Of a stretch of DNA of 64,000 nt, positions 11,761 through 27,641 are shown piece by piece; the stretch's first letter is position 1; the number at the start of each line of letters is the position of its first letter. The translations under genes and the position numbers were made by a program. This DNA comes from the human T2T-CHM13v2.0 reference genome, Homo sapiens. The notes under the pieces were generated by a model. That model was not told the origin of the DNA, did not search any database, and saw only the letters and a program-made list of their open reading frames with translations. The stretch is from NCBI RefSeq assembly GCF_009914755.1, contig NC_060929.1; one strand, 5' to 3'.

Positions 11761-13277
11761 TGTCAAAACCTGAGAAGCTCCCATAATGTTTTCCTGTTAA
11801 CCAGCTCTTCCATAGATAGTCTGGATGTTTCTCTTCATCTTCTCTTCATACCTACCATGTCCAGTTCATAGAACTCTAGACCAGGCAAATACATTCTTCT
11901 CCATTCTAATAAGATGTGTGCCACCAGTAGCCTAAAATTCATCTTCCTATTAATGACAACCATGATTCAGAGACTTCCCATTGTTGGTCCCATCTTGGTA
12001 ATGTTTTAAATACTTTTAAATACTTATTGCTCATTTAAAGTCACAGAAGTTACTGGGAAAAGGTGAATGACAATGCTTCAAGTCTGTCTGGGATTTTTCC
12101 CCCCTAGGACCTTATTGCCCAAATATCCTCCAGAATCCCTTCCTTTCCCAACAAATGGGCTCAACAAGTCTTTTTAGGCTTTCCAAGCCAACTGTTGTGC
12201 TAGAGAAAGACAAGAAATAGGTCACACCAAATCTGCATATAGCCACATACAGGGATTCACTTTCTATTCTCCTGACTCAACTGTCAGTTCTCTTTCACCA
12301 TGCTGGAATCCTGTATTTCCCGGTTTTCTTAATTTTCTACAAGAACTTTGCATTCTCTTTCTTTTTTTTTCTTTTTTTCATTCCCCAAGTCTCTTCACAC
12401 TCTGCTCAAGCTAGATTGCATTTAGTTCCCACATGTCTGGTTCTTCCCTCTGGCAAGAAGATAAACAGTACTTTCTCTGTCTCCCCCTAAGCCCCATTCC
12501 TCTTCAATCTAGGATTGAAATCTGAAATGGAATCCTCACCCTTTGTGACTTCTCTCCACAAATACCTTTCTCAAAAAAAAAAAGGTTAATCATACATTTC
12601 TCTGCCCAAAGAAGCTGATAGCTGCTCTCATTGTACTTCATTCACCTATTTTTGGAAAACGTAGACACTTTTAAAACTAAAAAATGAGGGTCTTTGGGCC
12701 CTTCATAAATGTAAAACATGCCTGTCTTCCATCTTGTAAACTATAATGATCAAAAGCTTAGATTTCATCACTCATCGGGCCTGGCCAGGTACCCCCGTTA
12801 TATGTTCTCAGGGGGCCCTATACCTTTCCTTTATTGCCATCTTCAGTGTTATTCTCAATAATTTGTGTGATTATCTGCTAAACAACTGAATTCTTAACCC
12901 TGCACCTACCATTACCCTCCAATTTGCTGCTTGCTATCCAAAATATGAATGGAAGGCAGTAGGTTTCACAAGCATCACAGTGAATATTCAGCAGTATATG
13001 GAGAGATAACATTTCAACCCACAGCAAAGGCAGACAAGAATGAAGATGCACTGTAGGCATATGCTCTGAATGCAGATGGGCTGACAGCCTGTAGGCACCA
13101 CAGAAAGCAAAAGAAAGAACTTCTGCTGGTACTGCAGAGTCACTGCAGAAGATTATAAACATGCCAGAACCTTCTGAGCAACAGAGCCACAAGAGACACC
13201 TCAGTGGAAAAGGCTGTTTGACTTCAACTCTAATAACCTGAACACGATGAAGGGCAATTAGCCTCAAGCTGTGGCCT

Positions 13278-13292
13278 CCACCAGGGAGTGCT
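13278..13292 (+). promoter_or_regulatory. Candidate CTCF motif
   Basis: CCACCAGGGAGTGCT, 13/15 match to CCACCAGGGGGCGCT; motif match only. Confidence 0.3.
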
Positions 13293-13529
13293 TTTGGTCA
13301 CCTTGCAGCAGGTGTGCCTTCCTCCTGTGGTCCAGAGCAGCCCCATACTGCTTCACCATCCATGCACCCCACTTCTCCAGGAAGAATCAAGTTTCTCCTC
13401 TCCTGCCTCAAACTGTAACACACTAAATATTTTTTCTCCTGATCACATATCAATTTATTGTGGCTTCTTATAAACCCCTTTTGTGCTTGTTCCTAGGTCA
13501 TGGAAATCAAGAGTAGAACAAATAATGAA

Positions 13530-13680
13530 GTGCTCTAGGACAAAGAGAACTGAATTCTAATCCACTGTGCAAATTTGAAGAATTTAAATAGCATTATCAC
13601 TCTGCTATGACCTGGCTTTTGTCTTGAGCAAGTCACATTGCTGGGCCTGTTTCTTCAGCTGTTAAACAGAGGAGCCACCT
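13530..13680 (+). mobile_element. MIR interrupted by 37-bp insertion
   Basis: gaactgaattctaatcc ... ctctgcta ... ttgagcaagtcac ... gggcctgtttcttcagctgt. Confidence 0.6.
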
Positions 13681-13904
13681 GGGTTTTCAGCTAGGGTAGA
13701 CTCTCTAGGACAGAGTTGGTCAAATTGCGTTTGTAACCATTTGATTGGTCATAAAACCAATTTTTGTAATGGATTGGAATACTTAAGAATACATTGCACA
13801 GAACAAGACTATTTGTCTATAAACTTTTGTTCTATCTGTGAGTTGGGTGTTAAACATATTTCTTATTGTTAATAGAACTGAAATGTTTTTAAAATTCTGA
13901 GCTA

Positions 13905-14140
13905 CAAATATAGAGAGACAGAAAATAGATTAGTGGTTGTGTAGGGCTAGAAGTAGGAATGGGGAGTGACTGTAAATTGACTTAAAAATTTTTTTTAGGG
14001 TGATGGAAATGTTATAAAATTAGATTGTGGTGGTGGTTGGACACCTCTGTAAATATACTAAAATTCATTAAATTGCGCATTTAAAATGGATGAATTTTAT
14101 GGCATTAAATTACATCCTAATAAAGCTGTTTGAAAACAAA
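13905..14140 (+). mobile_element. L1MB7/8-like 3' end
   Basis: gacagaaaatagattagtggttg ... gggtgatggaaatgttataaaattagattgtggtg ... aataaagctgtt. Confidence 0.8.
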
Positions 14141-14156
14141 GCAAAATACTGCTCTA

Positions 14157-14298
14157 CAGGGCAGTGAATTTGCTTCAGGGCATCTATGGACTCTTCAAAA
14201 GTGTATCATAAATTTTATTTTTCTGGGAAAGAGAACATAGCTTTTATTAGATTCTCAAAGGGATCTAAGACGCATAAAACTTTTTAAGAACCACTAGA
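14157..14298. mobile_element. MER103C-like hAT-Charlie element
   Basis: tttttctgggaaagagaacatagcttttattagattctcaaaggg ... ttaagaaccact. Confidence 0.55.
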
Positions 14299-15059
14299 TT
14301 AAACTGTCAATTTCCTCCTACCACTAAAATTCTATGACTCTAAAATTCTAAAGTTTATTTCTTCAAAATTAAAATGATAAAAAAAAGTTTCATTTCCAAA
14401 GCACTTGCAAGAATCTGTTTATTTATCCAGTGACCTCAGTGTATTGGCTCACATGTGTTAACATATTTTAAGAAATAAATCACTGTGCAAATTTGAAGTA
14501 TTTGAATAGCACTATCATTATTTGATTATATTTTTATATATTTTATTATATTTATCTGCATTTGGTTTATATCCACAGGGTTTTTAGTCATAGATACATC
14601 TGTAATTTATATGCCAATTACATATGATAATGTTATTTGTACCTCCAATTTTTTTTCTCATATTGGTGATTCCTAATTCCAGGTGTGGTAGAGCTCACAG
14701 ATCATGCACAATCTTCTCACTATGTGCAGGCCCTTTGGTAGCAAACACAAAAGAAAATCAAGAGATATAAAGAGATCATACAAAAGGAATTTTGTATATC
14801 TTCTGTAAACAGAAAGACAGATTGGAAATTTGTAAGCAAAGTTGCAATATGGAAATAGGAAAAGGCATTTCTGAATAAGGGGGATGTTTATTCAAGAGGT
14901 TGTGTTAGATCCTTGTGTATGGGCAATGAGCTATCAGCCAACTACAATTACTAGGTTATGAGTTCTTGGATGGAAAGGAATATGCCTACTTTGTCTAACA
15001 ATGCTAAAAAACAGGCTATATGTACATGATAAGTGATTAGTGTCTGTTGGTAATAACCA

Positions 15060-15430
15060 AAGGGATGGATACAATCTAATTATCTATCGAGAGGGGACAG
15101 GTCAAATAAATTGATATTTTCAAACCTTTATAATAATGAGGTATGTTTACATGTGCTTTTAGAAAATGATCTCCAGAATATATTATTATATGAAAAAAAG
15201 CAAAGTTTAGTTTATCCCCTTTAAAATAGTAAAAAAGAAACATAAGAAATATAAGATTTTATATATAATATTTCTAGAAGAATTCAGGATATCTGTTTAT
15301 GGTGAATGTCCTAAGGAGTAGGACAGAGTTACTGGTGGGAAGGAGAATTGCTTTTCATTGTATACCTTTTTATCCCTTTTGAATCTTTTAATTTATAAGT
15401 TCATTAATTTTTCATTTAAAATATTTAAAA
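15060..15430 (+). mobile_element. L1ME 3' fragment
   Basis: gatctccagaatatattattatatgaaaaaaagcaaagt and downstream L1ME-like 3' UTR. Confidence 0.55.
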
Positions 15431-16084
15431 AATAGTATTACAGAAAGTAATTCTGTATCACTATGCATTCAGCTCTTTAACATACCACATCCCATTTAAT
15501 ATAAACAACAACTCATCTTATGGATGAATACATGAAGGCTCAGAGACCACAAGTGACTTATATAAGGTCACATAGCTAGACAGTAAATAGCATATTTAAT
15601 ACTTGACCCAAATCCTTGGGCTTCCTACTCACTGATGCTTTTCCCACAACTCCACAGACCAAGTGCATATGGATATAAAACCACAGTACATTTCAACATA
15701 GTTCAGTCAGGTCAATTCAGTACTCAAGCATGCTGGTTTTGCTACAGATGACAGATCAAGCTTAAAAGTACTACATGATATTTTTCCACATGGCTCCTGC
15801 TCCTTCTAGTCCTTATAATTCTTTCCTATTGGGGCCCAACTTCTTCATTTACATGGCTCTTATCTCTGGCTTCCAGCTTATACATTACTTTTTCCCCATA
15901 GCTGTAATTAGCCCCTGAACTCCCATCATCTTGGATCTTCCATGCTACATTCATCGTTCCCTTCCAATATCTTTTATTCCTTTTTTTTAATTGAACTCTT
16001 AGCTTCTACCTATTTCCATTTCTTTTTTTCCAGGTACTAAGTTATCTCTCCCTTATTTTATACAACTTCCTATCTTCCTACCTA

Positions 16085-16155
16085 CTCCCAAATTAATAAA
16101 TCCCAATTAATCAATCAACTCCCAATTAATCAATTATCTCCCAATTAATCAATCT
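16085..16155. repeat. Short minisatellite, ~4 copies of (c)tcccaattaatcaat
   Basis: Directly visible 16-19-bp imperfect tandem units. Confidence 0.85.
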
Positions 16156-16370
16156 CTGCTAAGAGTTCCTTACCCTTCCACTGAGCATGGCTACTTTGAT
16201 CCTTTTACCCCAAACATAAGTATTTATAATATTTTTATACCTTTGTATAGTATCCATTTTATAATTTTACCATATTCTTTAATAGCGACTCAACTGCACT
16301 TCTCTGATATTAAGACCATGGATAATATAACTCAAGAGTACGTTTTTTTCATACCAACAATTCCATGGTT

Positions 16371-16600
16371 GGCAGTGTCCAAGTGGTTAAAAACATGTCT
16401 CTAAAATTAATAAAACCTGGGTTTGAGTCCTAGTTCTGTCATTTAATAATTGTGTGAGTTTGGGAAATTTTCTAAATCTTATCTGCTTCCCTATTTGTAA
16501 AATGAGGAGAGGAATACTTATTTTATAGGTTTCCCGTGATAATTGCGTGGATAATGCAAGCAAAGTGCTGCAGATGTTAGTGGACTCAATGTAAGTAGCA
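16371..16600 (+). mobile_element. MIR, near full length
   Basis: agtggttaa ... cctgggtttgagtcctagttctgtca ... tttgtaaaatgagga ... aaagtgct. Confidence 0.8.
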
Positions 16601-19600
16601 AGTAAATACCCCTCGTCTTAGCCTCACTACCGCATCAGCTCTCCACAAACCTTGCAAAACAAATCTTTTCCTTCTCCAAGACCCATCCCACCCACCTCTC
16701 AGCCTCAACACTACCTCAACACATCATCTGTGTTGAAACCAAGAAAATTTCATCATGCCACTTACACTAAGGGATTCATAGGAAAAATACCAAATATGCA
16801 TCCTTTGGCACAGAATATTTTGTGCCTTACCCTTTTTGGAGTAAAGCTATAAAATTTCCTCTAAGTCATAAAACTCTAGATTTTAATCTCAGACATTTTC
16901 TTTTTGGAAACAATTAAAGTCTCTTTGTGCTGCATCAGAATTCACAAAAAAGCTATCCAGTGTCCATTTACATTAATTATACTGGTGATTGACTATGGCT
17001 ATGCCAGAGAATGTATTCCAGGCTCAAGTTCTACTTTTTGATGACTGTTCTCAGGATCATCAGACACCTGTCCGATGTAGCAGCTGGAATATTTAAGCAT
17101 CACAGTGCTTTTAAAATAGCAGACAATTGCTGTGGCTGCAAGAAAAAGAAAAATAAATTAATTAAAATAAAATAGCAGATAAGCCAAACCACAAAGACAT
17201 ATTTTAAACCAGGGGGTTTTAACACTGAACACCCTGATTTCAATTTTTTCAATGCTATCTAAATAGAAGTATATTATAATCCAAGATAATACAAGCCTAT
17301 GGCTCCAAGCAAAGTCAGATGGAGAAAAAAGTAGATTTGGTTAAAGATAAACGAAAAGAAACATTTCTTCCTCACCTCTACACTTTGATTGTAGTTCCTG
17401 GAATCAAATCAGAATGGAGCTAGGCTCCCTACAAGCCCCATTGGAATGGATAAGGGAAACTGTGAAAAACTCTAAGGGACCAACAAGTCTTTTGCACTGG
17501 AAGGAATCTTCAGAGATTTTCCTGACCCTAGTCTAACTCCAGTCCCCTTGTTTTACCAAGCAGGAAACTGAGGATTAGAAAGATAAACTGAAAGTCCCAA
17601 CATGAATTCTAAAGATTGTCAAAGGAATCATAATAGTGAGATTCAAAATAATATACCTTCTATTTCTCACCCAGCGCTAGGTGATGAAGGCTGGGTATAC
17701 AGTATAATTGGTCTAAGTGAGCATTGTAACCCATTGGGTTACCAAATCAGGAATAAGCATGTGACCTAGTATCAATCAAACAAATATAAGGGAAATTTCT
17801 ATGGGGATTTCTGGAAGGAATTTTGATCCTTAATAAAAAAAAGAAACAGTGAGAAGGACTATATCTTCTTCTGGTTGTGAATGCATAACTTTGAAGATGC
17901 AGTTCCTGGAGCTATCATAGTTGTACTGCAAACTTGCCTTAGACAAACCTTAGAAAGAAAATCAAACCACTGAGGGTGGCAGAAGGGAAAGATACAAAGA
18001 GCAATGGTCACTGAGAGTACTGTTGAATTGCTGCACCCAAGTAGAATAATTACTAAATTTACTAAAAATTATTGAATTGTGCACTTTCAATGGGAAAAAA
18101 CTATGGCATGCAAATTATACCTCCAGAAAGTGTAAAAAGCAAACATTTGATTAATTATTGAAATACCTAAATCATTCAGTAAAGGATTTGATGTAAACAA
18201 CTGGTCTACCCAGTACCAAACAAGATATAAGGATGCAAATATATTCCTTTAGGTGGATTAACAGATGAGTTGTTCTGACTGAAAAATTATTAAGTTAAGT
18301 CTAAAGTGAATAAAAGAAGAGAAAAAGGGTACTAAAATGTCAAAACAAGAAGCAATCATTGACAGCTACATTTTAGGAAATATATTCTAATATCTGAGGC
18401 AGAACCTCAACTGGGTTTGGACAAAAAAGAAGTATTTGGGGTAAAACAAAAAAGTGTTTAGCATATTCTGACAGTGGAAAAAAAGTAGGGAAGTGCGATT
18501 GTTAAGGGTTAGGTTGAGTGTTTCAGTTTGTGCTCAGAAAGGGCTATTTATAGTTATTTAGATTTCAAATTAATATTCAGATATTTTTAAAGGTAAGATA
18601 TTCTTAAACCTTTGAGGTCAACATCCAAATCTTTCACTTAAAAAATCTAATATTTTTGTATAAAATAAGAATAATCACTTTCAGATGTTCTTTTATTGTT
18701 GTTTTTAACTGAACATGAGTTCAAGTAACTCATGTTGAACAGATTACAATCATGTAAATAATTCTGTTTAAATACTTAATTACACTTTGCCACATTTTAA
18801 ATTATAAATTTAATAGATTTGATTTTTTGCAAGCATTTCAAGTGTCTGCACAGGTACACCTATACCCTAAAAAGTAAGGCCTTCCACAGCTCCTTCATCA
18901 CTTCTATAGAGCTAATAAATTTTATCTATGAAAATATGAATCACGATTGTTCATAAATATTCCGAAACTGATTTTAATAAATTATTCAAATTCTTATATT
19001 TTTCCTCTTAAGTCACATATCTAAACCAAATACATATTTCAAATGAAAGTGACATGTGTAATCTCTTAGATTAAATAACACATACACATATTTCCCTAAT
19101 GATTGTGTAAAATGTTCTTATATAAAAGCCTAAGTATCATGGGTTTCATTTATTTCATTGCATCCATTTTAATTCTAAACCTTCCTGAGTTTCAAGAGAT
19201 TTACTCAGTGAAGGAGATTTACCATCTCAAGTATTAATAGAATGAAGTTATTAAATCAAAGTTCTAAGATCTTGATAGTTATTTATTGTTCAGAAATTTA
19301 AGACTAGAGAGTGGAACTTGAAATCTATACTTCCATGATTCTTCCAGAATCACAAAATAGATTGCAGCTATTTTATACAAACTGTGTCAGCAAGTCTATG
19401 CAGCTCACAAACCAATTTTATTCACCTGACTGGGATAGCTAGAATTCTGCATCCTTACCATGACTGCAATTAACTTCCTTCATGCTCTGACTTGATTCCA
19501 TTAATTTCCTTACTGTCTGATAGGACTCTGCAAAATTTTTGCATTCTTTTAGTCCTGATTGGATTTTGTATGCCTCTCATACTTTGGTCTGACTCTAGAC

Positions 19601-20718
19601 ATACTCATAATCCTTTTAATGACACACTTGACTTTGCAGTGGATCTGGCCCACAGTGTCTTCTATCCTTTAACAGAGTTCTTTTTGTCAAGGATCAGGTG
19701 CCAAAGAAGAAAGTTTGTGAGGTCACGAAATTGATGCCCAGGTCATTACTTTCATGATGGAAGGTGATCTATAGTGTTGGAATGGTTAGAGTGGAAGCCA
19801 AGCAGGGAATAAGTGCAAGGTGGTCAAGAAAGACTCACTGGGTGAAGTAATACTAGTGGCCTGATAGAGGAGTAGAGAAGACGGAAGCTATAAGAATGTG
19901 GTCCTACAGGGAAAATGGCTCCATTTACTCTCTGGGAAATTTATGATGATAAAATCCAGGGTTAATGCCACGCCCATATATGGAAAATATGTTGGGAAAG
20001 TGAACCTGTGCAAAATTAGAGAGTGAAAGATTTCAAAGTGGAGAAGCCTAAAATGTACTAATGTAGATGTAAAAGGCATTAGGGATGGTGGCAAAGGTAA
20101 AATGAAGAAAGAAATTTGATCCAAGAGCTCCAGCCATCTACTAAGAGAACCCCAAGCCAAAAAATCCCTATTCAACTAACATTTTGGACAGTCCAAGGAT
20201 GTGTGAGCAACAAGCCAGCTACCTCTTCATTTTAAGCCACATATGGTATATCAAAAATTTCTACTGGTGACAAGAACTGAAATAATACAGTTTCTTCAGA
20301 GCTGGTAGTGATAATTAAATTTGATCTGTGGCAACTTTAAACATAGTGTTTTTGAAAATAAAGGTTTGAAAAAGTGATAAAAATGTGTTATTGTACTACA
20401 CTGAGCTAATCTCATCTTTATTTAAAATCATACTCCAAGGTTGGTCTACATTGCCTTCTATATTCTTGCAAATGTTTCTGAATTGGACGGCCTGTGATTC
20501 AAACAGAAAAAGTGAAATATAAGAAGCCAGAAAACTTATTGCTCATAAATTTCCTTAAAGGAAAGAAGAGGAAGAAATGTTGGCACTCAGCTTGTTTCCC
20601 TAAATGGTGAATGGCTTCATCATCCCACCCCTAATTCAAGTGCTTAGAAATTTAGCAGAACAATTGACGACAAATTTAACTTGATCTTTGCCAGAGATAT
20701 GAAAATTTTAGTTACAAA

Positions 20719-20914
20719 TAGGATTGCCATATTTATCAAATAAATATTCAAAATACTCAGATAAATTTGAATTTCAGATAAGTAACAATTTTGGTGGAAG
20801 TATTTAACCAAATATTGCAATAATGCATGGGACATCCTTATACTAAAAATTTATTTATTGTTTATTTGAAATTCAAATTTAACTGAATATGCTGAATTTT
20901 ATCTGGCAACATTA
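20719..20914. mobile_element. MER53 palindromic MITE
   Basis: TIRs taggattgcca / tggcaacatta; internal palindrome aaatttgaatttcagataa / ttatttgaaattcaaattt. Confidence 0.85.
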
Positions 20915-21357
20915 TGTTTTCAAGTGAGTAGAGTTTAGTGACTTGAAATTAAAAAGCAATGAACCAGAGGCTGTATGACAAATATAGCTCATAAGGGTAA
21001 TAACTTTACCCAAGACTCTAATTTCCTTCCATTACCTATCCCGTGCTCCCATCCCTGTAATATTTTTTAAATTTTCAAATTTTAAGTTTTAGTCCAATTT
21101 TTACATAGGGATAGTCAAGTGAGTAGCAACTTTGAAAACCAGCTTGACTCTAACAGAAAATCAGTTCTTCTCCCAGTCAGAAGGCATTCTAGATTTAAAA
21201 GCTTCATTTATTTATGTCAACATTTTTAGCTAATAAGAAAATAAGCAGAGTTTATACATAGTTGTTACAACCTACTAAATCAGCTAAAACCTTGCCTGTT
21301 TAATAACTAATATACATGTCATATAAATGAAAATAAGTAACAGATTACTGACTTCAC

Positions 21358-22782
<1,425 letters not shown>

Positions 22783-23099
22783 ACTGACTTCACATTGTTA
22801 ACTGAAATTTTAACAAAAAGTGATCAATTTGTCATATGTTGGTAATAAAAAGTCATCCTCATTAAATATCAAATGTATGAGAATAAATGAAATTCCTGGA
22901 GAAGGAAGTGAAGAGAAGATAGACTATCCACGGTATCAGTACAGACAGGGAGAGGAAAGAAAGTAAAGGTGAGCAAATGAATGCCTCCCAAGGTGTAGTG
23001 GGCAGAATAATTACCTCCCCAAAATTGTCCATGGCCTAATCCTGGAACCTGTGAATATGTTGCCTTATACGGCAAAAGGAATTTTCAAGATCTGAATAA

Positions 23100-23250
23100 G
23101 GCCAGGCACAGTGGCTCACATCTGTAATCCCAGAACTTTGGGAGGGAAAAGTGGGAGGACTGCATGAGCCCAGGAGTTCAAGACTTGCCTGGACAACAAA
23201 GGAAGACCCTGACTCTCCGTATAAATAAAATTTAAATAAATAAATAAAAA
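23100..23250 (+). mobile_element. FLAM / Alu left monomer
   Basis: Single Alu arm with AT-rich tail inside MLT1D. Confidence 0.8.
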
Positions 23251-23436
23251 TATGTGAATAAATTTAAGAAATTTGAGACAGGGAAATTATCCTGGATTAT
23301 CCGGGTGGGCTTAATCTAATCACCTGAGTCTTTAAAAGTGGAGAACCTTTCCTGGCTTTATAGAACCAGAGAGATAGCAGCATAAGGACTAGACCCACTG
23401 TTACTGGCTTTGAAGATGGAGGAAGGGGCCATGAAC

Positions 23437-23815
23437 TGATATGGTTAGGCTTTGCGTTCCCACCCACATCTCATCTTGAATTGTAATCCCCATAATCCCC
23501 ACATGTGAAGGGAGAGATCAGGTGGCACTAATTGAATCACGGGTGTGGTTTCCCCCATGCTGTTCTCATGATAGTGAGTGAGTTCTCATGAAATCTGATG
23601 GTTTTATAAGTGGCTCTTCCTCCTTCGCTTGGCACTTCTCCTTCCTGCTGCCTTGTGAAGAAGGTACCTTGCTTCCCCTTTGCCTTCCACAATGATTGCA
23701 AGTTTTCTGAGGCTTCCCCAGCCATGCTGAACTGTGGGTCAATTAAACCTCTTTCCTTTATAAGTTACCCAGTCTCAGGCAGTACTTTATAGCAGTATGA
23801 AAATGGATTAATACA
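23437..23815 (+). mobile_element. THE1D-like solo LTR
   Basis: tgatatggttaggctttg ... attaataca; 5-bp TSD tgaac at 23432-23436 and 23816-23820. Confidence 0.9.
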
Positions 23816-24243
23816 TGAACCAAGGAATATAAACTTCTAGAAACTGAGGGAAAAAAATGGATTCTCCCCTACAAAGGAACTAGAAAGTTCCTAGAAAGGA
23901 ACTCAGTGCTGCCAACACCTTGCTTTTAGCTCAGTGAGACCTATGTTCTGGCTTCTGGCCTGTAGAACCAATTATAATAAATTTGTGCTGTTTTAAGCCA
24001 CTGTTTGTGGTAATTTGTTAAAGCAGCAATAAAAACCAATATGTAAGACTTGACTGTTTTTAATTAAAACACATACAATTTTAGAGTGCGCATTTTCCCA
24101 GGAAAGGTCTCAGTGTTGGGATCTCTACAAGGATATAAAAGGATTTTCTCTTGATACCTCCCTGTGAATTTGCACGCTAACTCCCACCCTGCCCCCTCAT
24201 CTTCACCCCTGAAATTTACAGAGTTTCTAGGGATTGTCAAGAT

Positions 24244-25090
<847 letters not shown>

Positions 25091-25094
25091 GTAT

Positions 25095-25238
25095 GTAGTC
25101 CTAACTACTCAGGAGCTAAGGTGAAAGGATCATTTGAGCCCACGATTTGAGGCTGCAGTGACCTATGTATGATCACTCCAGCCTGGGTGACAGAGTGAGA
25201 CCCTGTCTCAAAAAAAAAAAAAAAAGAAGGAAAAGAAA
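25095..25238 (+). mobile_element. AluJ right arm / FRAM fragment
   Basis: ggatcatttgagccc ... gaggctgcagtg ... ccctgtctca + poly-A. Confidence 0.8.
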
Positions 25239-25795
25239 ATATTAATGTTCTATTGTAGAACCCTTAAAAGGACCTTAAAGATGAACCAATTCAACTTCAC
25301 TCATTTACTACATAAATGCCTTTTTCAAATTCTTCATGTGACAGAAAAATGAGTTGAGCTAACAAAATGAAGGCAGAATTGTTAATCTGATAACAGTAGT
25401 ATGAATAATTCAACAGAAGCTAGGAATTTTTGTACTGATACATTGACTCATTTACAAAGCTAGAAGGAACTTTTCTGCTGTTTGTAAAATTTTTGTTTAG
25501 AGAAAACCCACCAAGCAATAGAGTGAACATTTAGTACCTTAATCTTAGATGATGAATTCGTTAAAGAATTTAATGGCAGGCTATTAAATAATTTGCATTC
25601 ACTAGCAGAATACAGCAGTGTGGTGACAAAAATCTATCAGACTTAAAATTAAATGTAGTACATTTGCTAAAAAGAGTGATCATGTAATCTAAAAGCAAGT
25701 CTAGAAATTAGCTGGTTAACATTACGTGTTTTTCAATGTTTTGAATTTTTCTCTTTATAAATGGTTTCAGCATAGTTTTTAAAAAGAGGTCCCAA

Positions 25796-27641
<1,846 letters not shown>

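Larger units (their letters stand above)
22994..24043 (+). mobile_element. MLT1D LTR, interrupted by FLAM and THE1D
   Basis: tgtagtgggcagaataat start, ttatcctggattatccgggtggg, tttgtggtaatttgttaaagcagcaat end. Confidence 0.8.

Noticed and set aside
12878-13267. 129-aa minus ORF and protein-looking + frames
   Set aside because: Non-ATG start, no recognisable domain, + frames interrupted by stops, no poly-A/TSD to indicate a retrocopy
16000-16040. + strand polypyrimidine-AG|GT motifs (also ~8284 and ~62271)
   Set aside because: Reconstituted donors (GTACTA, GTATTA, GTGTGT) are weaker than at the 1547 site and lie on the strand opposite the inferred host
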